A stretch of DNA of 64,000 nt from Pseudomonadota bacterium (GTDB lineage: Bacteria; Pseudomonadota; Alphaproteobacteria; Rhizobiales; Beijerinckiaceae), in the NCBI GenBank assembly GCA_023426505.1, contig JAFAAP010000145.1, positions 3,970-67,969 on the forward strand, in the 5' to 3' direction. The notes beneath the pieces were generated by a model. The model was not told the origin of the DNA and did no database searches. It saw only the letters and a program-made list of their open reading frames with translations. Positions 26,927 through 36,100 of this stretch are shown here, in pieces; within the stretch, counting starts at the first letter, position 1, and every line of letters begins with the position of its first letter. The position numbers and the translations under genes are program-made.

Positions 26927-27433
26927 CTACGCGGCCTGCGGCCGGGCGAATTCCCGGAGCGCCCGCGACTCGGCGCGGATCCGGATCGTCAGCACCGCGG
27001 CGTTCAGGAGGGAAAACAGGAGCGCGTACCACACAAGCCCGAAAGCGAGGGGCAGAACGGCGATCTCGGCGGCAACGATGAGATAGTTGGGATGGCTCAT
27101 GAACCGGTAGGGGCCGGTGCGAACGAGCGGCGCCCTCGGCAGGACGACGATGCGCGTGGTCCAGCGCTCGCCGAGGGATGCCAGGACCCAGAGTCGGGCG
27201 GCCTGGAGCGCCAGATAGGCCACGGCCCAGCCGGTTGCCAAGGGCCGGTTCCAGGCCAGGATCCAGAGTCCGAGCAGCCAGGCGGCATGCACCAGGACGA
27301 TCAGCCGGTAGTGCCCCGCCCCGACCTCGATCGCGCCGCGCGCCTTCAGCCGCCGCGTGTTGCGCCGTGCCCAGGCGAGTTCCCCCGCCCTCTGCAGGGT
27401 GACCAGCGTCAGCAGGGCGGGGCCGGCGCTCAC
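26927..27433 (-). CDS. Isoprenylcysteine carboxyl methyltransferase (ICMT)-family membrane methyltransferase (BpsB/SrsB-like)
   Basis: The GTG at 27433 overlaps the PKS stop (GTGA). Hydrophobic, about 168 aa, with GPYRFMSHPNYLIVAAEIAVLPL (ICMT/PEMT-type motif). Confidence 0.75.
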   Translation of the reverse strand: MSAGPALLTLVTLQRAGELAWARRNTRRLKARGAIEVGAGHYRLIVLVHAAWLLGLWILAWNRPLATGWAVAYLALQAARLWVLASLGERWTTRIVVLPRAPLVRTGPYRFMSHPNYLIVAAEIAVLPLAFGLVWYALLFSLLNAAVLTIRIRAESRALREFARPQAA

Positions 27434-28482
27434 CGGCTGCGCTCCAGGACGAGACAGGATGCGGTGAAGCCCGGCCCCATGGCGATCAGCAGGCAGCGCT
27501 GCGGCAGGCCGGAGCGGAGGACCCTCTCCAGCACGAAGAGGACCGTCGGGGCGGACATGTTGCCGTACATGGCGAGCACGTCCCGCTCGTGGTCCAGGGT
27601 GCCCTGGTCGAGATGCAGCACATGCTCGAGCGCCGCGATGATCTTGGGTCCGCCCGGATGGCACACGAAGCGGTCGATGGACGAAGCCGGGATCCCGAGC
27701 CGGTCCAGAATGCCCGCCACGGCCGGGCCGAGATGCGCCTCGGCGAAGGGCGGCAGCGCCCGTGCCAGGACGACGCCGAACCCGTCCGGGTCGATGTCCC
27801 ATCCCATGATGTCCAGCGTGTCGTGCCAGGTGTGTTCGCCGCAGCCCTGCACCGTGGCGAAGCCGCCGTCGCCGGCCCGGACCACGAGGGCGGCCGCGCC
27901 GTCGGCGAAGAGGGCCGTCGACACCACGTTGGCGGCGGTCAGCTTGTCGGGCCGGACGGCGAGCGTCGACAGCTCGACGGTCACGAACAGGATGGTGGCT
28001 CCAGGAGACGCCGCCGCGAGGCGCGTGGCGAGGGCCAACCCGGTCACGCCGCCGGCGCAGCCGAGACCGAAGAGGGGAATGCGCGCCACATCCTCGCGAA
28101 AGCCGAGACGGTCCAGCAGATACGCGTCGAGGCTCGGCGTCGCGATTCCGGTCGAGGAGGCAGTGACGACCGCGTCGACGTCGGAGCCGTTCAGCCCGGC
28201 GGCGGCCAGGGCCTTGCGGGCCGCCTCTTCGAACAGATCCGCCGCGCTCTGCAGATAGACCTCCGTCCGGTCGGGCCAGCCGTGCGGCTCGAGGTACCAT
28301 TCGAGCGGCCGCGCGGCATGGCGCTGGACGACCCCGGCCGTCTGGAAGACCTGCTCGACCTTGTCGAAATCGCCGAACTGCGCGCCGAAGACCCGGCGCG
28401 CGGCTGTCGCGATATCCTTCTGCGTCAGGATATGGGGCGGAACGGCGGTCGCGAGCGACAACAAGGCCGGACAGGGTGCCAT
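27430..28482 (-). CDS. Type III polyketide synthase (chalcone/stilbene synthase superfamily)
   Basis: 350 aa. Catalytic triad contexts LFGLGCAGGV (Cys), FVCHPGGPKII (His) and YGNMSAPTVLF (Asn). Confidence 0.9.
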   Translation of the reverse strand: MAPCPALLSLATAVPPHILTQKDIATAARRVFGAQFGDFDKVEQVFQTAGVVQRHAARPLEWYLEPHGWPDRTEVYLQSAADLFEEAARKALAAAGLNGSDVDAVVTASSTGIATPSLDAYLLDRLGFREDVARIPLFGLGCAGGVTGLALATRLAAASPGATILFVTVELSTLAVRPDKLTAANVVSTALFADGAAALVVRAGDGGFATVQGCGEHTWHDTLDIMGWDIDPDGFGVVLARALPPFAEAHLGPAVAGILDRLGIPASSIDRFVCHPGGPKIIAALEHVLHLDQGTLDHERDVLAMYGNMSAPTVLFVLERVLRSGLPQRCLLIAMGPGFTASCLVLERSR

Positions 28483-28673
28483 GGAGCGTTCCCATGCCTC
28501 CGGGAACGATGCCGGAAGCCATCACAGCGCACATGCATGATCATATCGGGGACCCGCCGCCGCGCGACACTGCGCATAGTGGCGCGGCGCCCGCGCATTC
28601 TTCCCTCCTGCGTCCCTCTTGCGATCCGGCGCCGCATGGCGCTAGCTGGGCGCCCCCGCATCCGACGCCCGCC

Positions 28674-29867
28674 ATGACCGCCCGTACCCGCCTCTCCCGC
28701 TCCCAGGCCCGCCGCATCGCGCTCGCCGCCCAGGGCCTCGCCGAAGGCCGCCCCGCCGCCCCGACCGGGCGCCACGTCGCCCGCGTTCTCGGGCGCTCGA
28801 ACCTGCTCCAGATCGATTCGGTGAACGTGCTGGTCCGGGCCCATTACATGCCGCTCTTCTCGCGGCTGGGCGCCTACGAGCGCGACCTGCTGGAACGAAC
28901 CGCCTATCACCCGAGGAAGCGCGGCGCCTTCGAGTACTGGGGGCATGAGGCGTCCCTCATCCGGCTCGACCTGCATCCCCTGTTCCGCTGGCGCATGGCC
29001 CGGGCGGCCAGGGGCGAGGGCACCTATGGCGGGCTCGCCCGCTTCGGCCGCGAGAAGCGCGCCTTCATCGAGGAGGTCCGGCGCGAGATCGAGACGCGTG
29101 GGCCCTTGAGCGCGGGCGAGCTCAGCGGCGGCCACAAGGGCCAGGGCTCCTGGTGGGGCTGGAGCGACGGCAAGCGCGCCCTCGAGTGGCTGTTCTGGGC
29201 CGGCGAGGTCACCACCGCGACCCGGCGCGGATTCGAGCGCGTCTACGACATCCCCGAGCGCGTGCTGCCGTCCGACATCCTCAACGCCCCGACGCCTTCG
29301 GACGAGGAGGCGCAGCGCGAGTTGCTGCGGCTTTCGATTCGGGCGCTGGGCGTCGCCAGCGAGCGATGCCTGCGCGATTACTTCCGCATCGAGCCCACCG
29401 ACGCGAAGGCGCGCGTTCCCGAGCTCGTGGAGAATGGCGACCTCGTGCCGGTGGCGGTCGAGGGCTGGCCGGGACCGGTCTATCTCGATCCCGCCGCGAA
29501 GCTGCCGCGCCGGGTCGAGGCGCGGGCGCTTGTCTCGCCCTTCGATCCCATCGTCTGGGAGCGCACCCGCACGGAGCGCCTGTTCGACTTCCGCTACCGG
29601 ATCGAGATCTACACCCCGGCCGAGAAGCGCGAATACGGCTACTACTGCCTGCCCTTCGTGCTGGGCGAAAACATCGTGGCCCGCCTCGACCTCAAGGCCG
29701 ACCGGGCCGGGGGCCGGCTTCTCGTGCACTCCATTCACCCGGAGGCCGGTGTGGCCCCGGAGGAGATCGCAGCGCCCCTGAGCGAGGAACTTCGCCTCAT
29801 GGCCGAATGGCTCGGCCTCGGGGCGATCGAAGCTCCGAAGGACTGGCGCAGGCGCCTCGGGATCTGA
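28674..29867 (+). CDS. YcaQ/AlkZ-family winged-helix DNA glycosylase (DUF1006; interstrand-crosslink repair)
   Basis: Start trimmed to [22 protein letters not shown]. It has [10 protein letters not shown] (YcaQ-type Q-x-D motif) and a C-terminal [24 protein letters not shown]. Confidence 0.8.
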   Translation: MTARTRLSRSQARRIALAAQGLAEGRPAAPTGRHVARVLGRSNLLQIDSVNVLVRAHYMPLFSRLGAYERDLLERTAYHPRKRGAFEYWGHEASLIRLDLHPLFRWRMARAARGEGTYGGLARFGREKRAFIEEVRREIETRGPLSAGELSGGHKGQGSWWGWSDGKRALEWLFWAGEVTTATRRGFERVYDIPERVLPSDILNAPTPSDEEAQRELLRLSIRALGVASERCLRDYFRIEPTDAKARVPELVENGDLVPVAVEGWPGPVYLDPAAKLPRRVEARALVSPFDPIVWERTRTERLFDFRYRIEIYTPAEKREYGYYCLPFVLGENIVARLDLKADRAGGRLLVHSIHPEAGVAPEEIAAPLSEELRLMAEWLGLGAIEAPKDWRRRLGI

Positions 29868-29928
29868 GCCCGCAATGGCACCTTGGCCACGGCGCCCCAT
29901 ATCAGGGAACGCCACCAAGGAGATCCCC

Positions 29929-30249
29929 ATGATCATCACCACCACGCCGACCGTCGAGGGCCGCCGCATCGCCTCCTACCGGGGCATCGTCTCGGGCGAG
30001 GCGATCTTCGGAGCCAACGTGTTTCGCGACTTCTTCGCGTCGATCCGGGACGTGGTGGGCGGACGCTCCGGCTCGTACGAGCGCGTGCTGCGCGACGGAC
30101 GCGACACGGCCCTGCGGGAGATGATCGAGGAGGCCGAGCGCCTCGGGGCCCACGCGATCGTGGGCGTGCAGCTCGATTACGGCGCGCTCGGCGCCAACGA
30201 GGGCATGATGATGGTGACGGCGAACGGCACCGCCGTGACGCTGGAATAA
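29929..30249 (+). CDS. YbjQ-family (UPF0145) protein
   Basis: AAGGAG RBS upstream. [47 protein letters not shown] is typical of YbjQ. Confidence 0.85.
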   Translation: MIITTTPTVEGRRIASYRGIVSGEAIFGANVFRDFFASIRDVVGGRSGSYERVLRDGRDTALREMIEEAERLGAHAIVGVQLDYGALGANEGMMMVTANGTAVTLE

Positions 30250-30263
30250 GGGCTTCTTCAGGG

Positions 30264-30313
30264 GCGCATCGTTTGACGCTAAAAACCGGATCCACTTTTC
30301 CGAAACGATGCGC
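30264..30313. repeat. 11-bp perfect inverted repeat GCGCATCGTTT...AAACGATGCGC between convergent genes
   Basis: The arms are 30264-30274 and 30303-30313, with a 28-nt loop. The loop/arm junction contains CACTTTTCCGA, which recurs at 55137-55147. Confidence 0.5.
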
Positions 30314-31615
30314 TCAGAGCAGGAAGTCGCCCTGCGTCAGGGATGAGACGCCTTTCACGACGACGGCGAAATCCGCCTTGGAGTCGCCGTTCACGTCGGC
30401 CTGGAGCATCACGCCGCCCTTGATCTTGGAGTAGCGCAGCTCCCCCTCGACGCCGTGAAAGCCCGAGCGACCGATAAAGGTGAAATCCTGGTCGCCTGCG
30501 AGGCTCCGGCTCGCGTCGATGCCGGTCAGATCGATCACGTCGCCCTGCTTGCGCGCGAAGTCGTAGATCGTGTCCCGGCCCTTCGATGAGGCCGTGCTGT
30601 CGCTGATCGCCTTGAACACGAAGGCATCGGCGTCCGCGCCGCCGAAGAGCTTGTCGGCCCCGCGCCCGCCGGCGATGCGGTCGTTGCCGGCAAATCCCAG
30701 GAGCGTGTCCTTGCCCCGGCCGCCGGTGAGCTGATCGTCGCCCGCGCGCTTGGCCGCATCGTAGGCGTCCGGATTCGCCAGGACGTCCGAGATGATCTGG
30801 GTGAACGCCGCCTTGCCGGGCTCGTTCGCCAGGGCGGCCACCTGGTTGACCAGGAACGGACTCAAGGCGGCGGTATAGTGGGTGAGCAGGTGATAGCGGT
30901 AGGCCGCCTCGCCCAGCAGCCCGATCGCGGCCGCCTCCTGCGCGTCGCTGGCGCCGGGCGCCAGGAGGGTGTTGGCCGTGCCGAGCAGGATCGCCCCATA
31001 GGGCGAGCCGACATAGAAGGCCGGGCCGAACCGCGCGATGTCGCTGCTGAAGAGGATGTTGCTCTCGATGAAGCTCGGGGCGCTGTAGTTCCCGACCGGG
31101 TCGCCCCATTCCACGTAGTTCGTGAGCTGGGAGACGGCGCCCGACGGCACGAGGTCGTCGGCGATGCCCGGCGCGCCGAAGGTCGCGCCGCCGAGGCCGA
31201 GCTGGGCCGCCACGTAGGCGGCCTCGCCGCCGCCGAGAGAATGGCCGGTGACGAACACGTTGTCCTTGGAGATGCCCGCCTTGGCGGCCTGCTGGACCAC
31301 CGCCTTGGTGAAGGCGAGCGCGTCGTCGAAGGCCGGGGGCTTGTCGCCGCGATAGATCATCAGGTCGGCCAGGAGCTGCGCGCTGACGAATTCGTGCTGG
31401 TTGTCGAAGTTCCCGATATCCGTCCCTTCGAAGGCGACGATCACCTGGCCTGACGCGCTCAGGAAGGCTCCTCCGAAGAACCCGGCCGCCGTGTCGAGCG
31501 ACGTCATCTGCTGGCCGTTGACCTTGAACGGCGTCACCAGCTTCAGCTTGGACGTGTTCTGCGTGTAGGTCCAGGCGGACGCTTCGAGGAACTCGGAGAC
31601 GGACGGGCGGATCAT
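30314..31615 (-). CDS. Class-3 lipase domain fused to C-terminal RTX calcium-binding repeats (likely type I secretion substrate)
   Basis: Nucleophile elbow VFVTGHSLGGGEAAY. RTX nonapeptides LTGGRGKDTLLGFAGNDRIAGGRGADKLFGGADADAFVF. No N-terminal signal peptide. Confidence 0.8.
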   Translation of the reverse strand: MIRPSVSEFLEASAWTYTQNTSKLKLVTPFKVNGQQMTSLDTAAGFFGGAFLSASGQVIVAFEGTDIGNFDNQHEFVSAQLLADLMIYRGDKPPAFDDALAFTKAVVQQAAKAGISKDNVFVTGHSLGGGEAAYVAAQLGLGGATFGAPGIADDLVPSGAVSQLTNYVEWGDPVGNYSAPSFIESNILFSSDIARFGPAFYVGSPYGAILLGTANTLLAPGASDAQEAAAIGLLGEAAYRYHLLTHYTAALSPFLVNQVAALANEPGKAAFTQIISDVLANPDAYDAAKRAGDDQLTGGRGKDTLLGFAGNDRIAGGRGADKLFGGADADAFVFKAISDSTASSKGRDTIYDFARKQGDVIDLTGIDASRSLAGDQDFTFIGRSGFHGVEGELRYSKIKGGVMLQADVNGDSKADFAVVVKGVSSLTQGDFLL

Positions 31616-31689
31616 GGGAAGGCTCCGGGAGGGGGAAGCCTTACCATACGGAATCTAAGATTAATTTCACGTGTCGTTTTCGTAATGGT

Positions 31690-33111
31690 TCAGACCCGCC
31701 TGACCCCGCTGAGAAGCCCCCCGCCCACGAGGAAGAACAGGATCAGCACCGCCGGCCCTGCGGCCTGGGTCTCGAACAGGCCGGTCGCCACCGCGACCGC
31801 GAGCGGGGCCAGGAACGACGTGACCTTGCCCGAGAGGGCGAGCAGCCCGAAATAGCGCCCGGCCTCCCGCGCCGGCACCAGGCGCGCCAGCATGCTGCGG
31901 GCGGAGGCCTGCATGGGTCCGGCGACCGAGCCGATGACGAGGCCGAGGGCGAGGAAGAGCTTTTCCGGGGCGCTGCCGTAGAGGCCGTCGCCTGCTTGAG
32001 CCGGCTCGGTCGGGATCACGAAGAGGATGTGGTCCGGCCCCAGGGACAGGACGCCGACGCAGACGAGGCCCAGGGTCGTGATCGCCCCGAGGATCACGGG
32101 CTTCGCGCCGAACCGGTCGTCGAGCCGGCCGCCGATGAGGGCCCCGATGGTGCCGGTTACCGTGAGCAGGATGCCGAAGACCCCGAGTTCCACCGCCTGC
32201 CAGCCGAACACGCCCGCCCCGTAGATGCCCCCGAAGGCGAAGAGGGCCACGAGGGCGTCCTGATAGACCATGTTGGCCAAGAGGAAGCGCACGAGGCCGG
32301 GATGCCGCTTCGCGTCCCCCAGGGTGCTGCGCACCTGCGCGAGCCCGTGCCGGACGGCGGCGCGGGGGCTCAAGGTCGAGCGGGCGATGTCGGGGGTGAA
32401 GAGGAAGAGCGGCAGGATGAAGACCAGGAACCACACGGCCGAGAACGGCCCGGTGACCCGGTCGCCCGCCCGCGTCGCCGGATCGAGCCCGAAGAGCGGC
32501 GCGATGCCGAGGAAGGTCTTTCCGGTCTCGGGGTTCGCGGCCAGGAAGCCCAGCACGATCACCAGCGACACGAGGCCGCCCAGATAGCCGATGGCCCAGC
32601 CGGTGCCGGAGAGCCGCCCGAAGCGCTCGGGCGGCACGAGGTGCGGGATCATGGCGTTGTTGAACACCGCCGCCACCTCGACCGCCACGGTGCCGACCGC
32701 GAAGCCCGCGAGCGCGATCGGGATCGCGTAGGCCGCGCCCGGCGCCGCATGCCACAGCACCCAGGACGAGGCGAAGAGCACGAGCCCGCAGGCGGCGATC
32801 CAAGGCTTCTTGGGACCGGTCGCATCCGCGATCGAGCCGAGGACCGGCGACAGGAATGCGAGCACGAGGCCCGCGGCCGCGGTGGCGAAGCCCCAGAGGC
32901 TCTGGCCCGCGACCGGATCGGGCGCGAGCGCGGCCGCGAAATAGGGCGCGAATACGAAGGTGGTGACCAGCGTGAAGAAGGGCTGGCAGGCCCAGTCGAA
33001 CAGGAGCCAGCCGGCAATCGCCGCGCGGCCGGCCTTGGCGGTCGGGAGTCCGGTCGCATCCGTGGCCGGGGGCGACGCCGCGGCCGCGGGGGATGGTGAT
33101 CGGATGTCCAA
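31690..33111 (-). CDS. MFS transporter, UMF1/Atg22-like family
   Basis: IAGWLLFDWACQPFFTLVTTFVFAPYF is typical of the UMF1 N-terminus. There is no in-frame ATG or GTG, so the TTG at 33111 is my best guess (start uncertain). The rest of the 1329-aa track ORF is an alternate frame of gdhZ. Confidence 0.7.
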   Translation of the reverse strand: MDIRSPSPAAAASPPATDATGLPTAKAGRAAIAGWLLFDWACQPFFTLVTTFVFAPYFAAALAPDPVAGQSLWGFATAAAGLVLAFLSPVLGSIADATGPKKPWIAACGLVLFASSWVLWHAAPGAAYAIPIALAGFAVGTVAVEVAAVFNNAMIPHLVPPERFGRLSGTGWAIGYLGGLVSLVIVLGFLAANPETGKTFLGIAPLFGLDPATRAGDRVTGPFSAVWFLVFILPLFLFTPDIARSTLSPRAAVRHGLAQVRSTLGDAKRHPGLVRFLLANMVYQDALVALFAFGGIYGAGVFGWQAVELGVFGILLTVTGTIGALIGGRLDDRFGAKPVILGAITTLGLVCVGVLSLGPDHILFVIPTEPAQAGDGLYGSAPEKLFLALGLVIGSVAGPMQASARSMLARLVPAREAGRYFGLLALSGKVTSFLAPLAVAVATGLFETQAAGPAVLILFFLVGGGLLSGVRRV

Positions 33112-33188
33112 CGGTCGGGGCTCCTCGCCCGATCGTCCCGGCAGGTTGCCGGGACGCTCAGGAATACGTAACGGAAGCCGAGCCCATA

Positions 33189-36100
33189 TCAGCCTTTTGC
33201 CAGATCGCCCAGCAGGCTTGCGGCGACGGTCACCTTGGACACGGTGAGGCCCGAGGCCACGATCCCGTCGACGGCGCTGCGGATGCGGGCCACGTCCGCG
33301 CCCCGCTTCTCGCTCCAGGCCTGCACGCCTTCCGGACCGGCCCCGCTCTGGGACACGACCTCGGCCGTGAGGTTGCGGTGCGCCGACGCGATGCTGTCGA
33401 TCGCCCGGTCGAGGGCCAGGCGATCGAAGTAGTCGCTGACGCTGATCTCGCGGGCGAAGCCGATGAGGGATCCGAGCCGGAAGGCCGCCTCCAGGGCGAA
33501 GTGGGTCTGGGCGATGTCGCGCACGGGCTTGCCGGTCCGCTGAGCCGTCAGGACGATGTCCGGCGCGGCCACGAGGTCCGGCAGGGCCGCGAGGCGGCGC
33601 GCCAGGTCCTCGGGCGTGCCCTGCTGGACGAGGGCCTGCGTCCTCTCGTCCCACACGAGGCGCGCGTCGGGCGACAGGGTCTCGGCCAGTCCCCGCTCGA
33701 CCTCGGCGATCCCGGCCTCGTAGGTGCCGATCACCGAATCGAGGGAATGGGTGGCGAAGTCCACGTGGCGGATGAACCAGACGATCCGGTTCATGAGCAG
33801 GTCCTGCAGGTCGCCGTAGAGGCGAAGCTGGAGCTGTCCCGGCACCACGCCGTCGAGAGCGTCGATGGCGACGTTCATCTCCGTCAGGCCGAAGGAATCG
33901 CGGGTCGCCGCATAGGCCGCCGCGATGGTCGGCGCATCCGCGCCGGTCTCGTCGACGAGGCGCGCGATCATGGTGGCGCCGCCCCGGTTGATGATCGCGT
34001 TGGCGAGCTGCGTGGCGATGATCTCGCGGCGCAGGCGGTGGCCCGCGATCGCGTCGGGGAAGCGCTCGCGCATCTCGGCCGGGAAGTAGCGGTCGAGCTC
34101 CTTGCCGAGATACGGATCGTCCGGCACCGGGCTCTCGAGAAGCTCGTCGTGCAGGGACAGCTTCGCGTAGGCGAGCAGCACGGCGAGCTCCGGCCGGGTC
34201 AGGCCCTCGCCGCGGCGGGCGCGCTCGGTGAGCGCGGCGTCGTCCGGCAGGTACTCGACGGTCCGGTTGAGACGCCCCTGCGCCTCCAGCATGTGCATCA
34301 GGCGCCGGGCGAAGCCGATGTCGGAGGCCCCGCGCCGCTCGGAGAGCGAGAGGGCGAGGGTCTGCAGGTAGTTGTTGCGCAGGACGAGCTTGGCGACCTC
34401 GTCGGTCATGTCCTCGAGGAGCGCGTTGCGGTCGTCCTGGCTCAGGCGGCCGTCCCGCTCCGGCTGGCTCAGGCCGATCTTGATGTTCACCTCGACGTCC
34501 GAGGTGTTCACGCCGGCCGAGTTGTCGATGGCGTCGGTGTTGAGGCGGACGCCCGAACGCGCGGCCTCGATGCGCCCGCGCTGGGTGACGCCGAGATTGG
34601 CGCCCTCGCCGACCACCCTGGCGCGCACGTCCGCTCCCGTGATGCGGATCGCGTCGTTGGCGCGGTCGCCCACCTGCTCGTCGGTCTCCGTGGAGGCGCG
34701 GATATAGGTGCCGATGCCGCCGAACCAGAGCAGGCCCACCTCGGCCTTGAGGATGGCGCTCATCACCTCGGCGGGCGTCGCGGCCGCCTTGTCGAGGCCG
34801 AGGAGCGCGCGCACCTCGTCCGAGAGCGGGATCGACTTCGCGCTGCGCGGGAAGACGCCGCCTCCTTTCGAAATCAAGGCCTTGTCGTAGTCCTGCCAGC
34901 TTGAGCGGGGCAGATTGAACAGGCGCTGGCGCTCCTGGTACGAGGTCTCCGGATCCGGATTCGGATCGAGGAAGATGTCCCGATGGTCGAAGGCGGCCAC
35001 GAGCTTGAGCGCGCGCGACAGCAGCATGCCGTTGCCGAACACGTCGCCCGACATGTCGCCCACGCCCGCCACCGTGACGGGCTCGGCCTGGATGTCGATG
35101 TCCATCTCGCGGAAGTGGCGCTTCACCGCCTCCCAGGCGCCGCGCGCCGTGATGCCCATCTTCTTGTGGTCGTAGCCCTGGCTGCCGCCTGACGCGAAGG
35201 CGTCCCCGAGCCAGTGGCCCTTCTCGAGGGAGATCTCGTTGGCGATGTCCGAGAAGGTGGCCGTGCCCTTGTCGGCTGCGACCACGAGATACGGATCGTC
35301 CCCGTCGTGGCGCACCGTGTCCGGCGGCGGCACGATGTGGTCGCCGACGATGTTGTCGGTGAGCTGCAGCAGGGTGCGCACGAAGATGCGGTAGCTCTCC
35401 GTGCCCTCCGCGAGCCAGGCCTGCCGGTCGCCCGGCGGCGGCAGGCGCTTGGGCACGAAGCCGCCCTTGGCGCCGACCGGCACGATCACGGCGTTCTTCA
35501 CCTGCTGCGCCTTGACGAGGCCGAGAACCTCGGTGCGGAAGTCCTGCGGCCGGTCCGACCAGCGCAGGCCGCCACGGGCGACCTTGCCGTAGCGCAGGTG
35601 CACGCCCTCGACGCGGGGCGAATAGACGAAGATCTCGTAGAGGGGCTTGGGCAGCGGCAGGCCCTCGACCTTGGCGCATTCGAACTTGAACGCGATGGTC
35701 TGGCGCGGCAGGCCGTTGCCTTCGAGCTGGAAGAAGTTGGTGCGGATCGCCGCCTCGACGAGGTTGATGAAGCGGCGCAGGATGCGGTCGTCGTCGAGGC
35801 TGGTGACGGCCTTCAGCTCCTCCTCGATCGCGGCGCGGATCTCCGCCTCAGCGGCGGCACGCGCCTGCGCATCCTCGATGCGCGGGTCGAAGCGGGCATA
35901 GAACAGCTCGACGATTCGCTTGGCGATGGCGCTGTGGCGGGCGAGGGTCTCGGCCAGGTAGTCCTGCGCGTAGGGGATGATGACCTGGCGCAGGTAGCGG
36001 CCGAGCGCCCGCATCATGGCGACGTCGCGCCAGCCGAGCCCGGCCTCCAGCACGAGACGGTTGAACCCGTCCGATTCCGCCAGGCCCCGGAACAGGGCCA

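Noticed and set aside
28674-29867. YcaQ/AlkZ-like glycosylase as a self-resistance gene for the adjacent PKS product
   Set aside because: AlkZ-type self-resistance is linked to DNA-crosslinking metabolites such as azinomycin, not to type III PKS phenolic lipids. The protein has the housekeeping YcaQ-type Q-x-D motif and is divergently transcribed, so adjacency is probably coincidental.
28425-29969. 514-aa minus ORF opposite the YcaQ-like gene; similarly 54685-56691 (668 aa) opposite rlmN and 18074-19660 opposite the MFS gene
   Set aside because: These are low-complexity antisense frames. The opposite strands encode proteins with unmistakable family motifs.
33112-35679. Upstream 856 codons of the 1329-aa minus ORF (31690-35679)
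   Set aside because: This part is an alternate frame lying inside gdhZ and translates to Arg/Pro/Gly-rich nonsense. Only the last about 474 codons (the MFS UMF1 protein) are credible.
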